Below are positions 39,000 to 51,776 of a stretch of DNA of 64,000 nucleotides, one piece after another. The position numbers were made by a program, and so were the translations under genes. The stretch's first letter is position 1. Each line of letters starts with the position of its first letter. The notes under the pieces are model-generated. The model made no database searches. It was given only the letters and a program-made list of their open reading frames with translations, and was not told the origin of the DNA. This stretch comes from Lophium mytilinum (Eukaryota). The DNA is taken from positions 1,054,001 to 1,118,000 of the forward strand of contig MU004199.1 of the NCBI GenBank assembly GCA_010093605.1. Reading direction: 5' to 3'.

Positions 39000-40930
39000 A
39001 TAATGCGCCTAAAACCCCCCCTATTTATATAAGTCTAAGAACTACTACTATAGCTAGTATACTAAAGGCTATACCTAAGCCTATAAAGGCTACACCTAAG
39101 CCTATAAAGGCTATACTAAAGCCTATAAAGGCTATACTAAAGTCTATAAAGCTAAAGGCTACTATACTAGTAAGAAAGCCGCCTCTAGCGTGTATATAGA
39201 CGCCCTCTATAAAGGCTAGAGTATTAGTATAGTAGAATATATTACTAGATATACTAAGTAGCTTTTTAAGAGTTAAGGGGGGGCCTATAGAGATAGCTAT
39301 AAGTAATAAAAAGAGCTCTAAAAAGGGCTCTAAAAAAGGCTCTAAGAAGATAGATCTAATAGCTATTAGTTCTAGTAGTATTAAGAGTACTACTAGTACT
39401 AGTAGTACTATCTAGCACTATATTAAAGAGAAGAAAAAAAAGGTTAATAACTTTCTTATTACTCTATTCTATATTCTCTATATTAATAGAAAGAAGATTA
39501 GTAATAGATAACTAGAAAACTCTATATACTTTACTCTTAATATAGAAAACCTAGAGTTTAAGCTAGATATAATAGTATTAATAGCGTAGGTTAATAGTAA
39601 CTATAAAAAGAAGTATAAGGTTATCTAGTATACTACTATTATTTATATAATAAAGGGGACTAGAGGCTTTCTTAGCTATAATATAGCTAACTTCTTACTT
39701 TTAGAGTTCTAGCGCGTATTCTATATACTTAATTTAAAGTAGAAGAACTATCTAAAGGCTACTATTTCTACTATATTTAAGTATAAGTTAATATATAAGG
39801 CCCCGCCGCCGCTATTAAAAAAGAGAAAGAAATTAGAGGTACTATTATTATTACTAGCTAGTACGCCCTCTATAGATAGGTTCTATAGTAGGCATTATAG
39901 TAATTATAATAGAAAGCTATTAGAGTAGTAGATAGTTTATTTAAAATTACTCTTAGTATCTAGCTACTAGTAAGTTAGTATACTATTAATATATAAGTAT
40001 ACTAATAACTTCTATACTAATATAGGTAACCTATACTAGGTTAATAATAATAAGAAGTACTATATAATACTCTCTAAATACTATAAGTTATAGGTAGATA
40101 TAATTACTTAAAAGGAAGCTATAATTTCTAAGCTACCTAATAAGGTATATAAAAACCTTATAAGAGAGGGTCTAGTTAAAAGTAATTACTAGCGCACTAT
40201 AAAGTTAACTTAGGCGTAGAAGTCTAAAGATAAGATAGCTAGAATATTTAATATAATAGAGCGCTTAATAGAGCTCTAGATATAGTAGAAAGGTATAGAG
40301 ATAGTAGATTAGATAGTATTATAAAGCGCTTCTTTTTAAAGCGCTTCTTTTTTTTCTTCTTCTTCTTCTATATAATCTTAGTATAGTCTACCTCTATAGG
40401 CTCTATAGATATATATATAGCTCTTCTCCCCTCTACTACTTATACTATAGAGTTATTACTAGCTTATATCTACGCCTTAGCCTCTAATATAGCTACTACT
40501 ATAGCCGTAGTATACCCCCTTCTCTAGCTAAGTAGTATTAGCGCACTATTTTTATAGCTTAAGCCTAGTATATATAGAGAAAGATACTAATATACTTAAG
40601 TTTTTTTTCTTCTAGAAGGTTAGAGCTATTATAAATATAGGTATAAAGTAGTAGTAGTAGTATACTATATAAGTAGTTATTAATTAGATATAGAATATTA
40701 ATTTTCTTTAGTAAATATAGAATAGATTCTTAAAGGTATACTAGATAGCTCTAGCTCTAGAGCTATTAGATAGAATAGTAATATAGTTTATAAGAGAGCT
40801 ATATAACTTTAAGAATTTATATAGATAGAAGAAAGCTATATTAGAGGCGCTAACTATACTAGAAGAAGGCGGGGCTAGTTAGAACAGGCGTAGAATATAT
40901 AAGAGAGTTAGAATATAGTTAGGCGTTAGA
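39000..40930 (+). pseudogene. RIP-destroyed accessory ORF 1 of the element
   Basis: The plus-strand frame reads as protein when TAA/TAG are reverted (e.g. NIGNLY*VNNNKKYY...*VDII near 40020-40110). Contains a 21-bp tandem repeat at ~39065-39150. Confidence 0.5.
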
Positions 40931-41519
40931 TAGCTACTATTAAATAGAGTAATTAGTATTATTCTATACTATTATAGTTTTATATATATTATATATAGTC
41001 TATATAGCCTTACTATTTAATATATAGTCTATATAGCCTTTCTATTTTAAATTAGGGGCTATTATAAAGTGCGGCTTAAGTATTAGTATAGGTAAAATAT
41101 AAAAATATATCTTAATATTATACAGCTTAAGTATTAGTAGTAAGGATTTTAATCTAATATTTTAAGGCTTAAGTATTAGCGTAGAGAAAATTTACCCTGC
41201 GCTAATACTTAAGCCTTAAAATAAGATTCTTACTACTAATACTTAAGCCTTAAAATATTAAAATAAGATTTTTACTACTAATACTTAAGCTATAGGTTAA
41301 AGACTATATAGAGTATATATAAAATAGAAAGGCTATATAGAGATAGAATCTATTACTTTATTATATTTTAGCCGCTATAAGTCTAAATTATATAAATAGA
41401 TAACTAAATTATGCATCTAGATATATATATTTATATCCGCGTACTAAATATATAGAAATATTAATTAGTATAAATAAACTTTTAAAGTTATAGTTATAGT
41501 TTCTAAGTATATAGTTAAA

Positions 41520-42410
41520 TAGGCTTAATTATCTACTTCTTTCTTCTAGTATAACTAGCTCTAGGCTTTAGAGCCCGCTTAAACACTACTATATCTCCTA
41601 TAGTATTAATTTAAGTATAGCGCTTACTTTTAACTCTATATATACTATATTTACTACCTAGATTATTATTAGTATAGAAATTAATATTATACTAATAATA
41701 GCTCTTAGTAGATATATTCTAGGCGCACTCTAGATATATACTATAGGCTAGGCCCGCCTAATTCTAGCTATATTAGCTATTAATAAGCTCTATATAGGTA
41801 AGCTTAGTATAGTAAAAGTACTCTTAAAGGGCTATAGTAATAGTAGAGAAGCTAAAAGTAGTAGTAAGGTTATTAGTATACTAAGAGAAAGTTAGTAGGC
41901 CTAGAATAATAGTAATAGTAAAGAAAGAGAGTAGATAGTAAGTATAGTACTTTCTATATAAATAGATTAGTTAGATTCTTAAGCTACTATACTAGAAATT
42001 ATATATAGTAGAGGGGGATTAGTTTTTTCTTTTTCTTTTTTATTTTTATTTTTATTTTTCTTTTAATTAGGTATATTATAGACATCTCTACTAATAGTAA
42101 AAGTAGAAAGGGGGTATATAGGCCTACTATATACTATATAAAGCCTCTAAGGGCTAGAATTCTCTAGGCTCTTACTAGAGAAAGCTTCTAGCTTTTTATT
42201 TTTAGCTTAAACGCCTATTATCTTCTTTTAATAGGGAGTAGTCTAGCTACTACTATCTATATTACTAGAGAATCTAGATAAACCCTAAGAGGCCTAAAGG
42301 GCGGCGTAGTAGAAGATAGAGAGAGAAAGTAGTACTCTTTTATAAGAATATTATTAATTAGGCTAAGAATAGAGCCTAAATTACTAGTATTATTAGCTAT
42401 AGTATTATAA
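41520..42410 (-). pseudogene. RIP-destroyed accessory ORF 2 of the element
   Basis: The minus-strand frame has RIP-type stops. A KNKNKNKKEKKK run at ~42025-42065 is consistent with a mutated acidic tract. Confidence 0.45.
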
Positions 42411-42699
42411 AAGTAGTAATTAATAGTATATAGAGTCTAAAGAAAGAAGAAAGTTAAAAGAAAGGTAAAAATATATAGAAAAAATAAATAATAGCTATTA
42501 AGCTTTACTATATAACTTTACCCTACGCTAATACTTAAGCTATAGATTATCCGCTAGCGCTAATACTTAAGCCTTAGCCTAGAGAGTATATAAAAAATAG
42601 TAATACTAAAATAGTAATACTAAAATAGTAATACTATATATAGAGTATATATTAAATAGAAAGGCTATATAAAGTATATACTTAGGCCTTCTTCTCTAT

Positions 42700-43790
42700 C
42701 TACTTCTTTTCTACTTACTTCTTCTCTATTTAATTCTTTCTCTTACCTCTCTTATATATATCTAGATATATCTAAATCTACTCTAGCTCCTCTATCTATA
42801 TATATACGCCTCTAGTAGTATAGTAAAACTACTTATAGATAAATCTATTATAATAACTCTACTCTATTATAGTCTATAGAAAGTTACTAAAGTTTTAATA
42901 CGCTAGGTATAGATAGTAGTAATAGTAATAGATCTACGCCTTTAGAGTTATAAAGGTTAATTTAATTAAATTAAAATTAGGTAAGTATAGCGGCAGGTAC
43001 TTTATAATATAGCCCTGCGCCTAGATTTTATAGATAATCTAATTATCTATATATATATTAATATTATCTAGTATAATTACCTTAATAGCCCTATTAAACT
43101 CTTCTTAAATAGCTAGTAGTAGTATATTAATAATCTAGTTATAGAAGTTATCTACTTTAAAGTATTTTTCTCTTACTCTAGTATATAGTAGCTAACTCTA
43201 AAGTATTATTATAGTATAGATAGCCTATATCTTTCTATATATTATATTATTCTTATAGTAAATAGGCTAGCTAATAGGTATATATATATAGTACTACTAG
43301 CTAGTCTTTTTATTAAAGATAGACTTATTAAGAAAGATAAGATTCTTAGAATTATACTATATAAGTTTCTTAAGATAGAGGCGCTAGAGCTTATAACTAG
43401 CTCTATTTAATAAATACTTTATAGCCTTTCTAGTCTATCTATACTATTTAAGTATATAAGAGATATATATTTATAAAACCTTAATACTATACTTTACTTT
43501 AAGCTACTTTATAATCTTATTCTAGTCTCTCTATTCTTTCTCTAGTAGCTAATTAAAGACTCTATTTTTATCTGCCTAAGAAAGCTTATAAGGTTACCTA
43601 GGCTATATAAACTATAGCCTTATAGCGCTACTATAATATACTAGATTCTACTATATTTAGTATATAGTTAATAGAGTAACTCTTATATATATAGCTATAT
43701 TAGCTAGAGGCTAATATAGCTAAAGTAATTATATAATATTAAGATATTAAGAGGTAGAAATTAGGTGCTAATTATAATAACGCATTTAGG
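42700..43790 (-). pseudogene. Tc1/IS630-type DD34E transposase relic
   Basis: Reads LIFLNKSIFNKKT (reverts to LIFLDESIFNEKT, ~43335), VIILDN (~43068) and YLPLYLPNFNLIK (reverts to YLPPYSPDFNPIE, ~42965-43003). There are 34 codons between the second D and the E position. Confidence 0.88.
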
Positions 43791-44132
43791 TAGTAGTAGT
43801 TAGATAGAGCTTCTATATAAGGCTTACTAAAATACTAAGAAAATATTAGTAAGTAACTATATAGCATAGGAGAGAAACCTTACTTATTATTATTAGGGGG
43901 ACATTAAAAGGCTAATATTTAATTAGGTGGTGCTCCCTATAATCCTTATATAAAGTTTAGTGAGGAACGCCAAGAAAAACGTGCCAAGGATTCCGTGCTA
44001 TTTCGCATCCGACAAATTCCCGATTGTGCGGGCCGATTACGCTATCTACTACCATCCTCCAACTACATATTTACATCATCATACTATTCATCTTCAACTA
44101 ATTTTCAATATCAATGATCCTACGTATCTACC

Positions 44133-44969
44133 ATGGCGGACACGGATAGTGCGCCATCAGCAAACACTAGCCTTCCCTTCGATTTCGTCAACCCAACCGG
44201 CAACCCAACCATCCTCCTCATACACGGCTCCTTCTCCACCGGCCACGACTGGGACCCAGTAATCTCTCACCTCCAGAAAATCACCGCTTATCACATCCTC
44301 GCACCTGACCTCCCCGCCCACGGCCGCGCCTCAGCCCTCCCCTTCACAGTTGCGTCCGCATCCGGCCATCTCGCTACCCTCATCGCCAATGAAGCGCACG
44401 ACGGCAAAGCTCATATCGTCGGCCTTAGTATGGGCGCCTATGTCGCCGCACATTTAGCCTCGCACAACCCCGAGCGCTGCCTAACTGTCTTCGCGACCGG
44501 CTTCAACATCCGAGATCCATCGCCCTCGTTCCTCGCCCCAATCGCACCGTCGGTGTTCTGGGGCATGCAGTCCGCGACCGATCTTCTTCCACGCTCGGTT
44601 GTCGGGTGGGCTGTCGACGCTGATTTGTCCGTCTCCCAAAAGGGGGTCGTTACGAAAGCGCTGTGTGCGGAGATCTTGAAGATGCTGGAGCCTGCGAGTG
44701 TTAAGGAGAATGTGGGGGTGGTGAGGGCGCGGATGCTGGTGATTGCGGCGACGAAGAGTGGGATTGTGCCGAGTGGAGATCGGGTGGAGGATGCGAAGAG
44801 GATTGCAGAGTTGGCGAGAGGAAAGGGGGCTGGAAGCGGGGAGGTTAGGGTGGTGAAGCATGCGGGGATGAGGCATGCGTGGAATAGGCAGGATCCGGAT
44901 CTCTTCGCGAGGGCGGTAGTGGCTTGGGTGGATAGAGAGGATGTGGTTGAGGGGTTTTTGGATGTTTGA
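44133..44969 (+). CDS. Alpha/beta hydrolase
   Basis: LLIHG, APDLPAHG, GLSMG nucleophile elbow and a C-terminal His (MRHAW). Confidence 0.92.
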   Translation: MADTDSAPSANTSLPFDFVNPTGNPTILLIHGSFSTGHDWDPVISHLQKITAYHILAPDLPAHGRASALPFTVASASGHLATLIANEAHDGKAHIVGLSMGAYVAAHLASHNPERCLTVFATGFNIRDPSPSFLAPIAPSVFWGMQSATDLLPRSVVGWAVDADLSVSQKGVVTKALCAEILKMLEPASVKENVGVVRARMLVIAATKSGIVPSGDRVEDAKRIAELARGKGAGSGEVRVVKHAGMRHAWNRQDPDLFARAVVAWVDREDVVEGFLDV

Positions 44970-45267
44970 AGGCATCTATAAGTTCTATCGCATCACGCCT
45001 AGGAATTCTTCGTCTTCGTTTTAGTCCACTATCCGCTCATCATGCCAGTAGCCTTCCTGGGGGCAGTCGAGCCAATGCACCACGTCACATCTTGCACATC
45101 AACTAATCAAAAATGACAATGATATACAATGTTTGTGGATTAGATGGTTACCATCAAATGGAAATGGATATACAACCAACCCCTATCACCGGGTATGAAC
45201 TCCTAATCGTACAGTTCGTAATAACGTTATGTCTAGTATGTACAGTGGTCTCTTCCGGGTGGCCTCA

Positions 45268-48200
45268 TCATCTATAAAAATACGTTACGAGAAGATCGTA
45301 ACTCTCTTGACTATCCTCGGATAGTTGTGTCTCTCCTTGTATTCTTTTTCTCAAGTCTCGAGCAGCATCAAGCTCTTGTCTCCACTCTTCGTTCTCAGGC
45401 GCAGAGTCTTTCAAGAGTTGTGATAGTAACCATTTCGATCTAGCACGCTCAGCTGTCATGTCTTCTGGCCTCTTATCGTATACTGATAGGGCAAGCTTCA
45501 GAATGTCACTAGCGTCGCCAATTAGTTCTAATTGCAGCCTTCCGTACCCCTAGGATTGCACTTACATGGCTCTTGTGTACTCTTCTTGCTTCCATAGTAG
45601 CCACGCCATCTTATGGTAGCTTGCCGCGGTCTTGAGATGAAGTGGACCTAAGATCTTTTCATGGAGATCCATACTCTCCGTGTGCAAAACCAGTGCCTCT
45701 TCCAAGCGTCCTCGATCTATTTGCACATTTCCTAACGCCCAAAGGGCCCATCCACTCCTAGAAACAAGTTCAGTAAGTCTCCTCTAAAAGCAAGGCAAAA
45801 ATAGACGTACAAGACGAAGCGGTAGCCACAAGCTTCCTCTCTTTCCTTGATGGTCGCCAGACACTTCTCAAGGGAGTCCGCCGCGTCATCAAGCTGGCCG
45901 GCACACCAATAGCTGCGTCCAAGGTTCAGGTAATTTAGTGCAAGACCATGCACCTGGTCATCTCGGTAACGTGTGGATTGTTGTCGGATTGCGATTGCAG
46001 AAGTGTGTAGCTCGATAGCTTTCAGCGGCTGCACTTTTGTATACATCACTCCCAAGTTCATCAGCCCGTTTGCTCGGTTCGGATGATCTTCTTCCAGAAC
46101 ACCATTTTCGACAGCCGTCTCCCGTATTTCGTGCGCTTCAGTCGCTAGTTCGATGGCGGTGCTACTATGATCCGTCTCATTGACGTAGAACAGTTTCACT
46201 GTGCACAAATCCGCCCAGAATAAATTGGTCTCCAAGCAAGTGAGGCTTTTGTACGTGTTTTCGGCGGTACAAATCAATTTTGAGCTTATCTCAAAGCGAC
46301 CTCTTTCGCAAAGATACCTATAGGCGTGTTAGTCGGATGTGGTTACGTTGTTTCGAAGAGACGTACCAAGCACAACTGTAGAGTAACTCGACGAAGTCAA
46401 TCGAAACTTGCACGAATCGAGTATCCTGAACCTCTTGATACCTATCATGAAGCGCGAGAACGTGTGACAAATACATTTCGCACTGCATCCATGACTCTGT
46501 CATATGATCTCTTGCGAGGCCATGTAAGGGGAATACTTTTCGAAGCAAAAATATGGCGGTATTAAAAGCAGTGTTGGCCTTGACCTGACTTGACTTGATT
46601 TTCCGAAGTGCGGCATCCCGCACTAAACGGTGAACGGATACGGTATTGTTTTCAGGATTATCACTCAGCAAAGTCATACTTCGAAGATCGCTGATGGCAA
46701 CAAGACGATGAACATCCGACACAGCACCAAGGCTTTCTTTCGAAAGCATCTGCTCCGGAATCTTGTCGGGGTCAAAGAGTGACAGAACATCGAGCAAGGC
46801 GGATGCTTCAGATCCCAGCTTCTCAGCTCTCTCGATGGTTAAATCAAATGCTGCGGCAACAGTGTTCTTATACCAAGGGCATTTGCAGTCTATACCTTGC
46901 AACTCGTTCGAAGCTTCACGCTGGGCGTAGAGTTCAAGGAAAGATGGGATGCTGCATCCACTCTTGATGATGAAAGTGGCCATCTGGTTGATCGCAAGTG
47001 GATGATACCCCAGAACGCGAGCAACCTGCTCGGCTTCATCTTGTGAAATAGAAACATTGGTAGCCTGAGAGATGTTCGTGATTAGATTGATTCCCTCCTC
47101 GGGAGAGAATAGATCGAGTCTGCATCCTTGCTTGGCTAGGGTATGGACCGAACTCGGATCTTGACTTGTGACTAGAACAGCACCATTCTTCGATGTTGGC
47201 CAAAATGCAGTGACATCATCTAGATTATCCAGGTTGTCGAAAACTAATAGCCACCACGTGTCTAGCACACAACTGCTTAGTGAGAGTGCTTTCGGTAGCC
47301 TAAACGCTAGAGACGTATGTACATACCTGTGTGACTGAGCCATGTCTTCACTAGACGAATGCTCTCTTCTTGGTCTGCGGAGGTCACAGTCTTGTTAAGC
47401 CCTAAAGCTCTAGCAATTTCATCGTACCCAAGAATGATTTTGTCTTTGCTGCTTGCGGATATCCAGAAAATGACTGGAAACTTATCTTTGTTCGAATAGA
47501 CAAACTGAAGAGCAGTCTGAGTCTTTCCAACTCCTGGCATACCATACAGCGCAAATGATGTTCCGCCTTGGCCTTTGAGATCGGGCGGGAGGAGAAACGA
47601 CTGTAGCTGTGCCAGGACATCAGACCGACCGACAAAGCGATCATTCTTGGGGTACGGGAGTATATGACACGTGCCATCTGGCGCAATAGGGAACGGCTGG
47701 ACCTGGGTCTCTTTGGTCCTCTGGTCTATCGTAATGAGAGATTGCTTTATCTGACTCATGTCCGAATGGGTGCGAGAAATGGAGGTATGTAGAGACTGAA
47801 CTCCATTGTTTGCCGTTGCGAGAGAAAGCTCGACCCGTTCAATGCCGTCCTTTGTGTGTATGGAAGACCTCTGTAGATTGTCGATGCCGTAGTTCGTGTA
47901 GCCAAGAGACTGCTGAATGCGCTCAACGTCGTTATTGGTGCTTGACGATGTGATTGCAAGATTGGATAAGGTAGCATTGGATGCTATGACTTGTCTCTGT
48001 ATGGTTTCGCCTTGGGCACTGTTTGGTGTCAGCAAATCTCTTATACGTGAAGATGTCCGGATGCCTTACGTTTGGAAGACGGAAAGTGCGAGAGTCAAAC
48101 TCGACTTACAAGTCTGAATCCTGGTTATAAACGCTGCAATAGAAGCTCTGCGCCCCTGCGTGAAGTAGTATCGGGCCTTGAAGCGCTGCAGTTTTCCCCC

Positions 48201-48509
48201 ATTGAACTGTCTTTCTAGAGATATCATCACTTTCTTCAAACTCGCCAAGTCATCTCGAAAAAGCTTCAGTGTTTCGGGAGCTAGACCGCACTCTTTGATC
48301 TTCCGTGCATCAGACTTTTTGATGGTTTGGTGGAGTTTTGTAAGGGATTGGAGGATACCGTAGAGATCCTCAATTTCCCTGCCGAGGCTGATGATGTCTT
48401 GTCTTGCATTCTTGATCCTATTTATGGCACCCATAATCTCCTGTGTGATCTTGAGTACTGCTCCAGTGAAAGTAATTATTCCTGTCGAGATGGCTAATGG
48501 GTCTGCCAT
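45268..48509 (-). CDS. Fungal NLR-like STAND protein: HeLo-like N-terminal domain, coiled-coil linker, NB-ARC, TPRs (5 introns)
   Basis: MADPLAIS start, FVGRSD, GMPGVGKT Walker A, WLLVFDN Walker B, GYHPLAI, SVHRLV and TPR-like helices. All splice junctions keep the frame. Confidence 0.93.
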
Positions 48510-49991
48510 GACGGAATGTCGCCGGACTGTCTAGCAAGATGGTGGTGAACGTCTGCGTTTACGGGGAGTTTCGGGAACCTTTGTGTAGCGTTGTAACTGA
48601 TAGATCTAGGGACTAGCGGAAGTACGTGAGCGTGAAAAGGGTGGTAACATGGCCATTTCGAGTAGGAGCGAGTGTGAATTTAGAATATAAGGCTGATGAT
48701 GGAAGTGAGAGAAGGTATTTCTAGGGCTACTTGCTCATAAGCTAGAAGCGTGCTACCACCGGCTTTGTGACATGTTCACTAAATGAAAGTCGCGAACGGC
48801 CAGGCGAACCCGAGGGCTGACTTACGGTGGCAAAAGCAGCATCTGTGCGGAAATTACAGTCCTTCTGTCCACTCTAGGTGCTTTACAGGAAGGACCAATG
48901 ATGGATCGGACATGCTTCACAGATTTTCTGTTTTCCTTTCTGGCAGTGCGTGCTAATGATCCACGCTATAATTGCGTCTTCGTTGAAGGGCGACGATACT
49001 TCGTCATAATGCCGTTTAGGATGGCATACCTAGTTGATCGAAATGTCTAAGATCTTCGTTAGATAGTCACTCAGTCAAAGAACGACACGTGTGATGCCGA
49101 CTTAGTTGCCCTGGGCGTTAGGCTTCAGCGGGGCTTAGACGGGGTGGCAAATTGGGGAATGCCTGTTTATTGCTGCGCGTCTGGTGGCTGCATGTGGTGG
49201 CTTCGAAGGTGTAGCGAGTAAGGGAGTACAGCGTCAGGACGCAGATTTGAAGCCACAACGTGAAATACTGTAGGTGTAATAGAGCGGAGAAGGTCCTCTT
49301 CTGGACCAAATTATACAGAGGCGGAACGGAAACTGTCAAAAGCACGGTACCTCGAGGCGTTGCCTTCGAGATTGTCCCTCTTGCGGCCGACTCTCGACGC
49401 CGGCCGAGTCCTGTGTACAACTCTTGACGCTGTACATTGTTGGGGTAAGCGAGCCGCGCTGTGAATGTGCCTCACGGGTGGTGAAACATCCATCTGGACG
49501 AATTACTGGGCTTCTAACTACCTATATGGGGAGGCTCAGATGGAGTCTTCACATTGCGTAATTTGGTTAGTTGGGATACCAAGTCTGCATGCTTGAACGC
49601 ATGCGAGGTGTGCGTGTCCCGTACAGCCCCTTTGCGTATCCCGCGGTCGGTTGGTCTCGTAATAGCCTTTGCAAGGTTTTAGGGCCTTGGTTACACAGCA
49701 TTTACGAGATAATCCACGGGATGCGCAAAGGGGCCGTGTGTCCGCCCATCGATGCGCCTTCAGCACATGCAACGTAAATCGTGAAACACAGCGTCCCAAT
49801 GGAACCAATCATCACTACGGCTGTTATCTTCCATCAAGCCACGAAGAATCGTGCGATTGTCTCAGATGATCTGACCCTCTCCGTTTCTCTCATCATATAA
49901 TGCCTCGCCCTAGCACACCAGTCATCCTCCCAATGAACCTTCCTATTTAGTTACACAAGTCTCACACTGAAACGCTTTCGAGAAGATCATC

Positions 49992-50360
49992 ATGGATAGC
50001 AAATCTTACGAACTCGCCTGGAACACTGGTCAGGCCTCCGGGACTGGTCCATCCTACCAGCCTTGGAGGGCGTTTTGGCCACCCAACCCCGACGTTGAGT
50101 TTACCGAAGAAGAGAAGAGGGCGAAGCCTTGGCTCACTTGGAGGCGAGATCCGGACGACGTCAACGTTAAACCCTGGTACGAGTGGGTCAACGAATTCAC
50201 GGGCGAAATTGACACACCCTGCACTGATGGATGCGACAGTTGTGGAGGAAAAGGATGTGTGAGTCCATATCGTCGCAAAAGTCTTGCCACCATATCTGTA
50301 AGATAATGCACTGACTTGTCATTCAAGGGAGTATGTTCCACGGTTGCAGAAGGTGGCTAA
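49992..50360 (+). CDS. Small 99-aa Trp/Pro-rich protein with a Cys-rich C-terminus
   Basis: ATG at 49992 in CATCATG context. Intron 50259-50327 (GTGAGT...CTGAC...AAG). Ends CTDGCDSCGGKGCGVCSTVAEGG. Confidence 0.65.
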
Positions 50361-50644
50361 ATAAAGCTCAAGTGGAAATGGAAGACAGGAACGTACGATC
50401 AGCCATCATTGTTGATCAACGTTGCATTGAATATGTGTGATATGTAGCAGAGAGCAACGAAAAGAAAAGAAATATGTGTACCTGTTTATAAATTATTTGA
50501 AGTGTTATTCTGGAATGTGCAATGTAGAAACAAGGCCTTCAATGGGAGAATGTCAAATTCGGCCGTGTCGTTCGTTTTAGAAGAGGTGGAGTAGCAACCT
50601 TAGAAAGTCCTACCGTGTCAAATAATGAATGCCTTCAAATCAAG

Positions 50645-51776
50645 CTACTTGACGCTATAAAAAACAAAGTTTCGTACTTCTACACTCTCTCTCGGAAGTG
50701 TTCCAGGCGGCGCGTCTCTATATGGAAAGGACACGTGAGGCGCGACTATATCATTAAGTTAGCTTCTTACGTATAAGCTATTCGAGCTTGCCCTCAACTT
50801 ACACTGTGAGACGTCAGGATCTTCAGCAGTCTTGCTGTCGAAGCATTTGATCATCCACGCTTCGTCTGGCATTTGTCCATCCACATAGTACCACTTGTGG
50901 TTTGGGTTCGGCCAAAAATTGTAGGTTTCACCCAGATAGTCGGGAAATACAACGTCCGTAGGCACGCGATCAGCATCTTCGACAGTACGATAGTCACATA
51001 CTGCCAGCGGTGCGTCAAAGGTTGGGCCGTGGAGTGGCTTCCAAATACTAAGCTAGTGTTAGCTAAGATTGAATGCTGAAGTACGGGCTACGTACTTCAC
51101 AATTTGGACTCGCCCATTCTTATACTTGTCAAACCACTCAGGATGGAAGTACTCTAAACGACGCATAGCTGAAGAAGCAGTTTGATCTTGAAGAGAGTTA
51201 ATTCTGCGGGTAGCGGACTAATTTGCGAGCGTAGCTTACCTGCATGAACTGACGCAAATGGTTGCGCTTTGCCAACCGCTCCTCGCGAATTTCGGGGCAA
51301 AGAAGGATCCCTCCGTCGTACCTAGCCAGAAATCAGCTATGTAACCTTTAGGTAGTGTGCACAGTTCGAGGACGCACTTGGTAATCGAAAGTCAATACTT
51401 CGCTAGCACCAAGAGCTTCGCGAAGGAATTGCTGCACCTCGGGAAAGAATCGTTTGGCAATAGCCTTGGAATCGGCAAAGTCTTCGTAAGTAAGCTTCGT
51501 TTGCAGCTTTCCAAGCTGGAAGCCTGTTTGGTCCAGTGTAAAAACGTGCTCGCAGCCGCGGATATTGGCAACATGAATTTGTTGCCGTGTGTAGCCCACA
51601 TTGGTCTGTGCAAGCTCAGAGCCGGCGTCGACCGGAACATTGAGAAAATAAGGTTTTTCCTTCTGGTATAGGGGCAGATGGTTCATGTAGAAGACGGTTG
51701 ACACTTTGACGTCCGTGCGCGCTGGGCTCGGGTTCGGCCCGTTCAGACATGCTACTGCCACTTCAGGAATTGCCAT
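50645..51776 (-). CDS. AsaB/CmcJ/GA4-desaturase-like non-heme oxygenase (multi-exon)
   Basis: FTLDQTGF, VHAD across a splice, NVWKPL, PLAVCD, HKWYY, APH and RESVEVR. Confidence 0.87.

Larger units (their letters stand above)
38761..44014. mobile_element. RIP-mutated 5.25-kb DNA transposon with ~195-bp terminal inverted repeats
   Basis: 38761-38955 is the reverse complement of 43820-44014, differing by C/T and G/A transitions. Inferred termini TGTCGG...CCGACA, with AATT on both flanks. Confidence 0.93.

Noticed and set aside
44133..48509. Amyloid-signalling NLR/effector pair (NLR plus adjacent hydrolase)
   Set aside because: No shared HET-s-, sigma- or PP-like motif is visible at the NLR N-terminus or hydrolase C-terminus, and the NLR has its own N-terminal domain.
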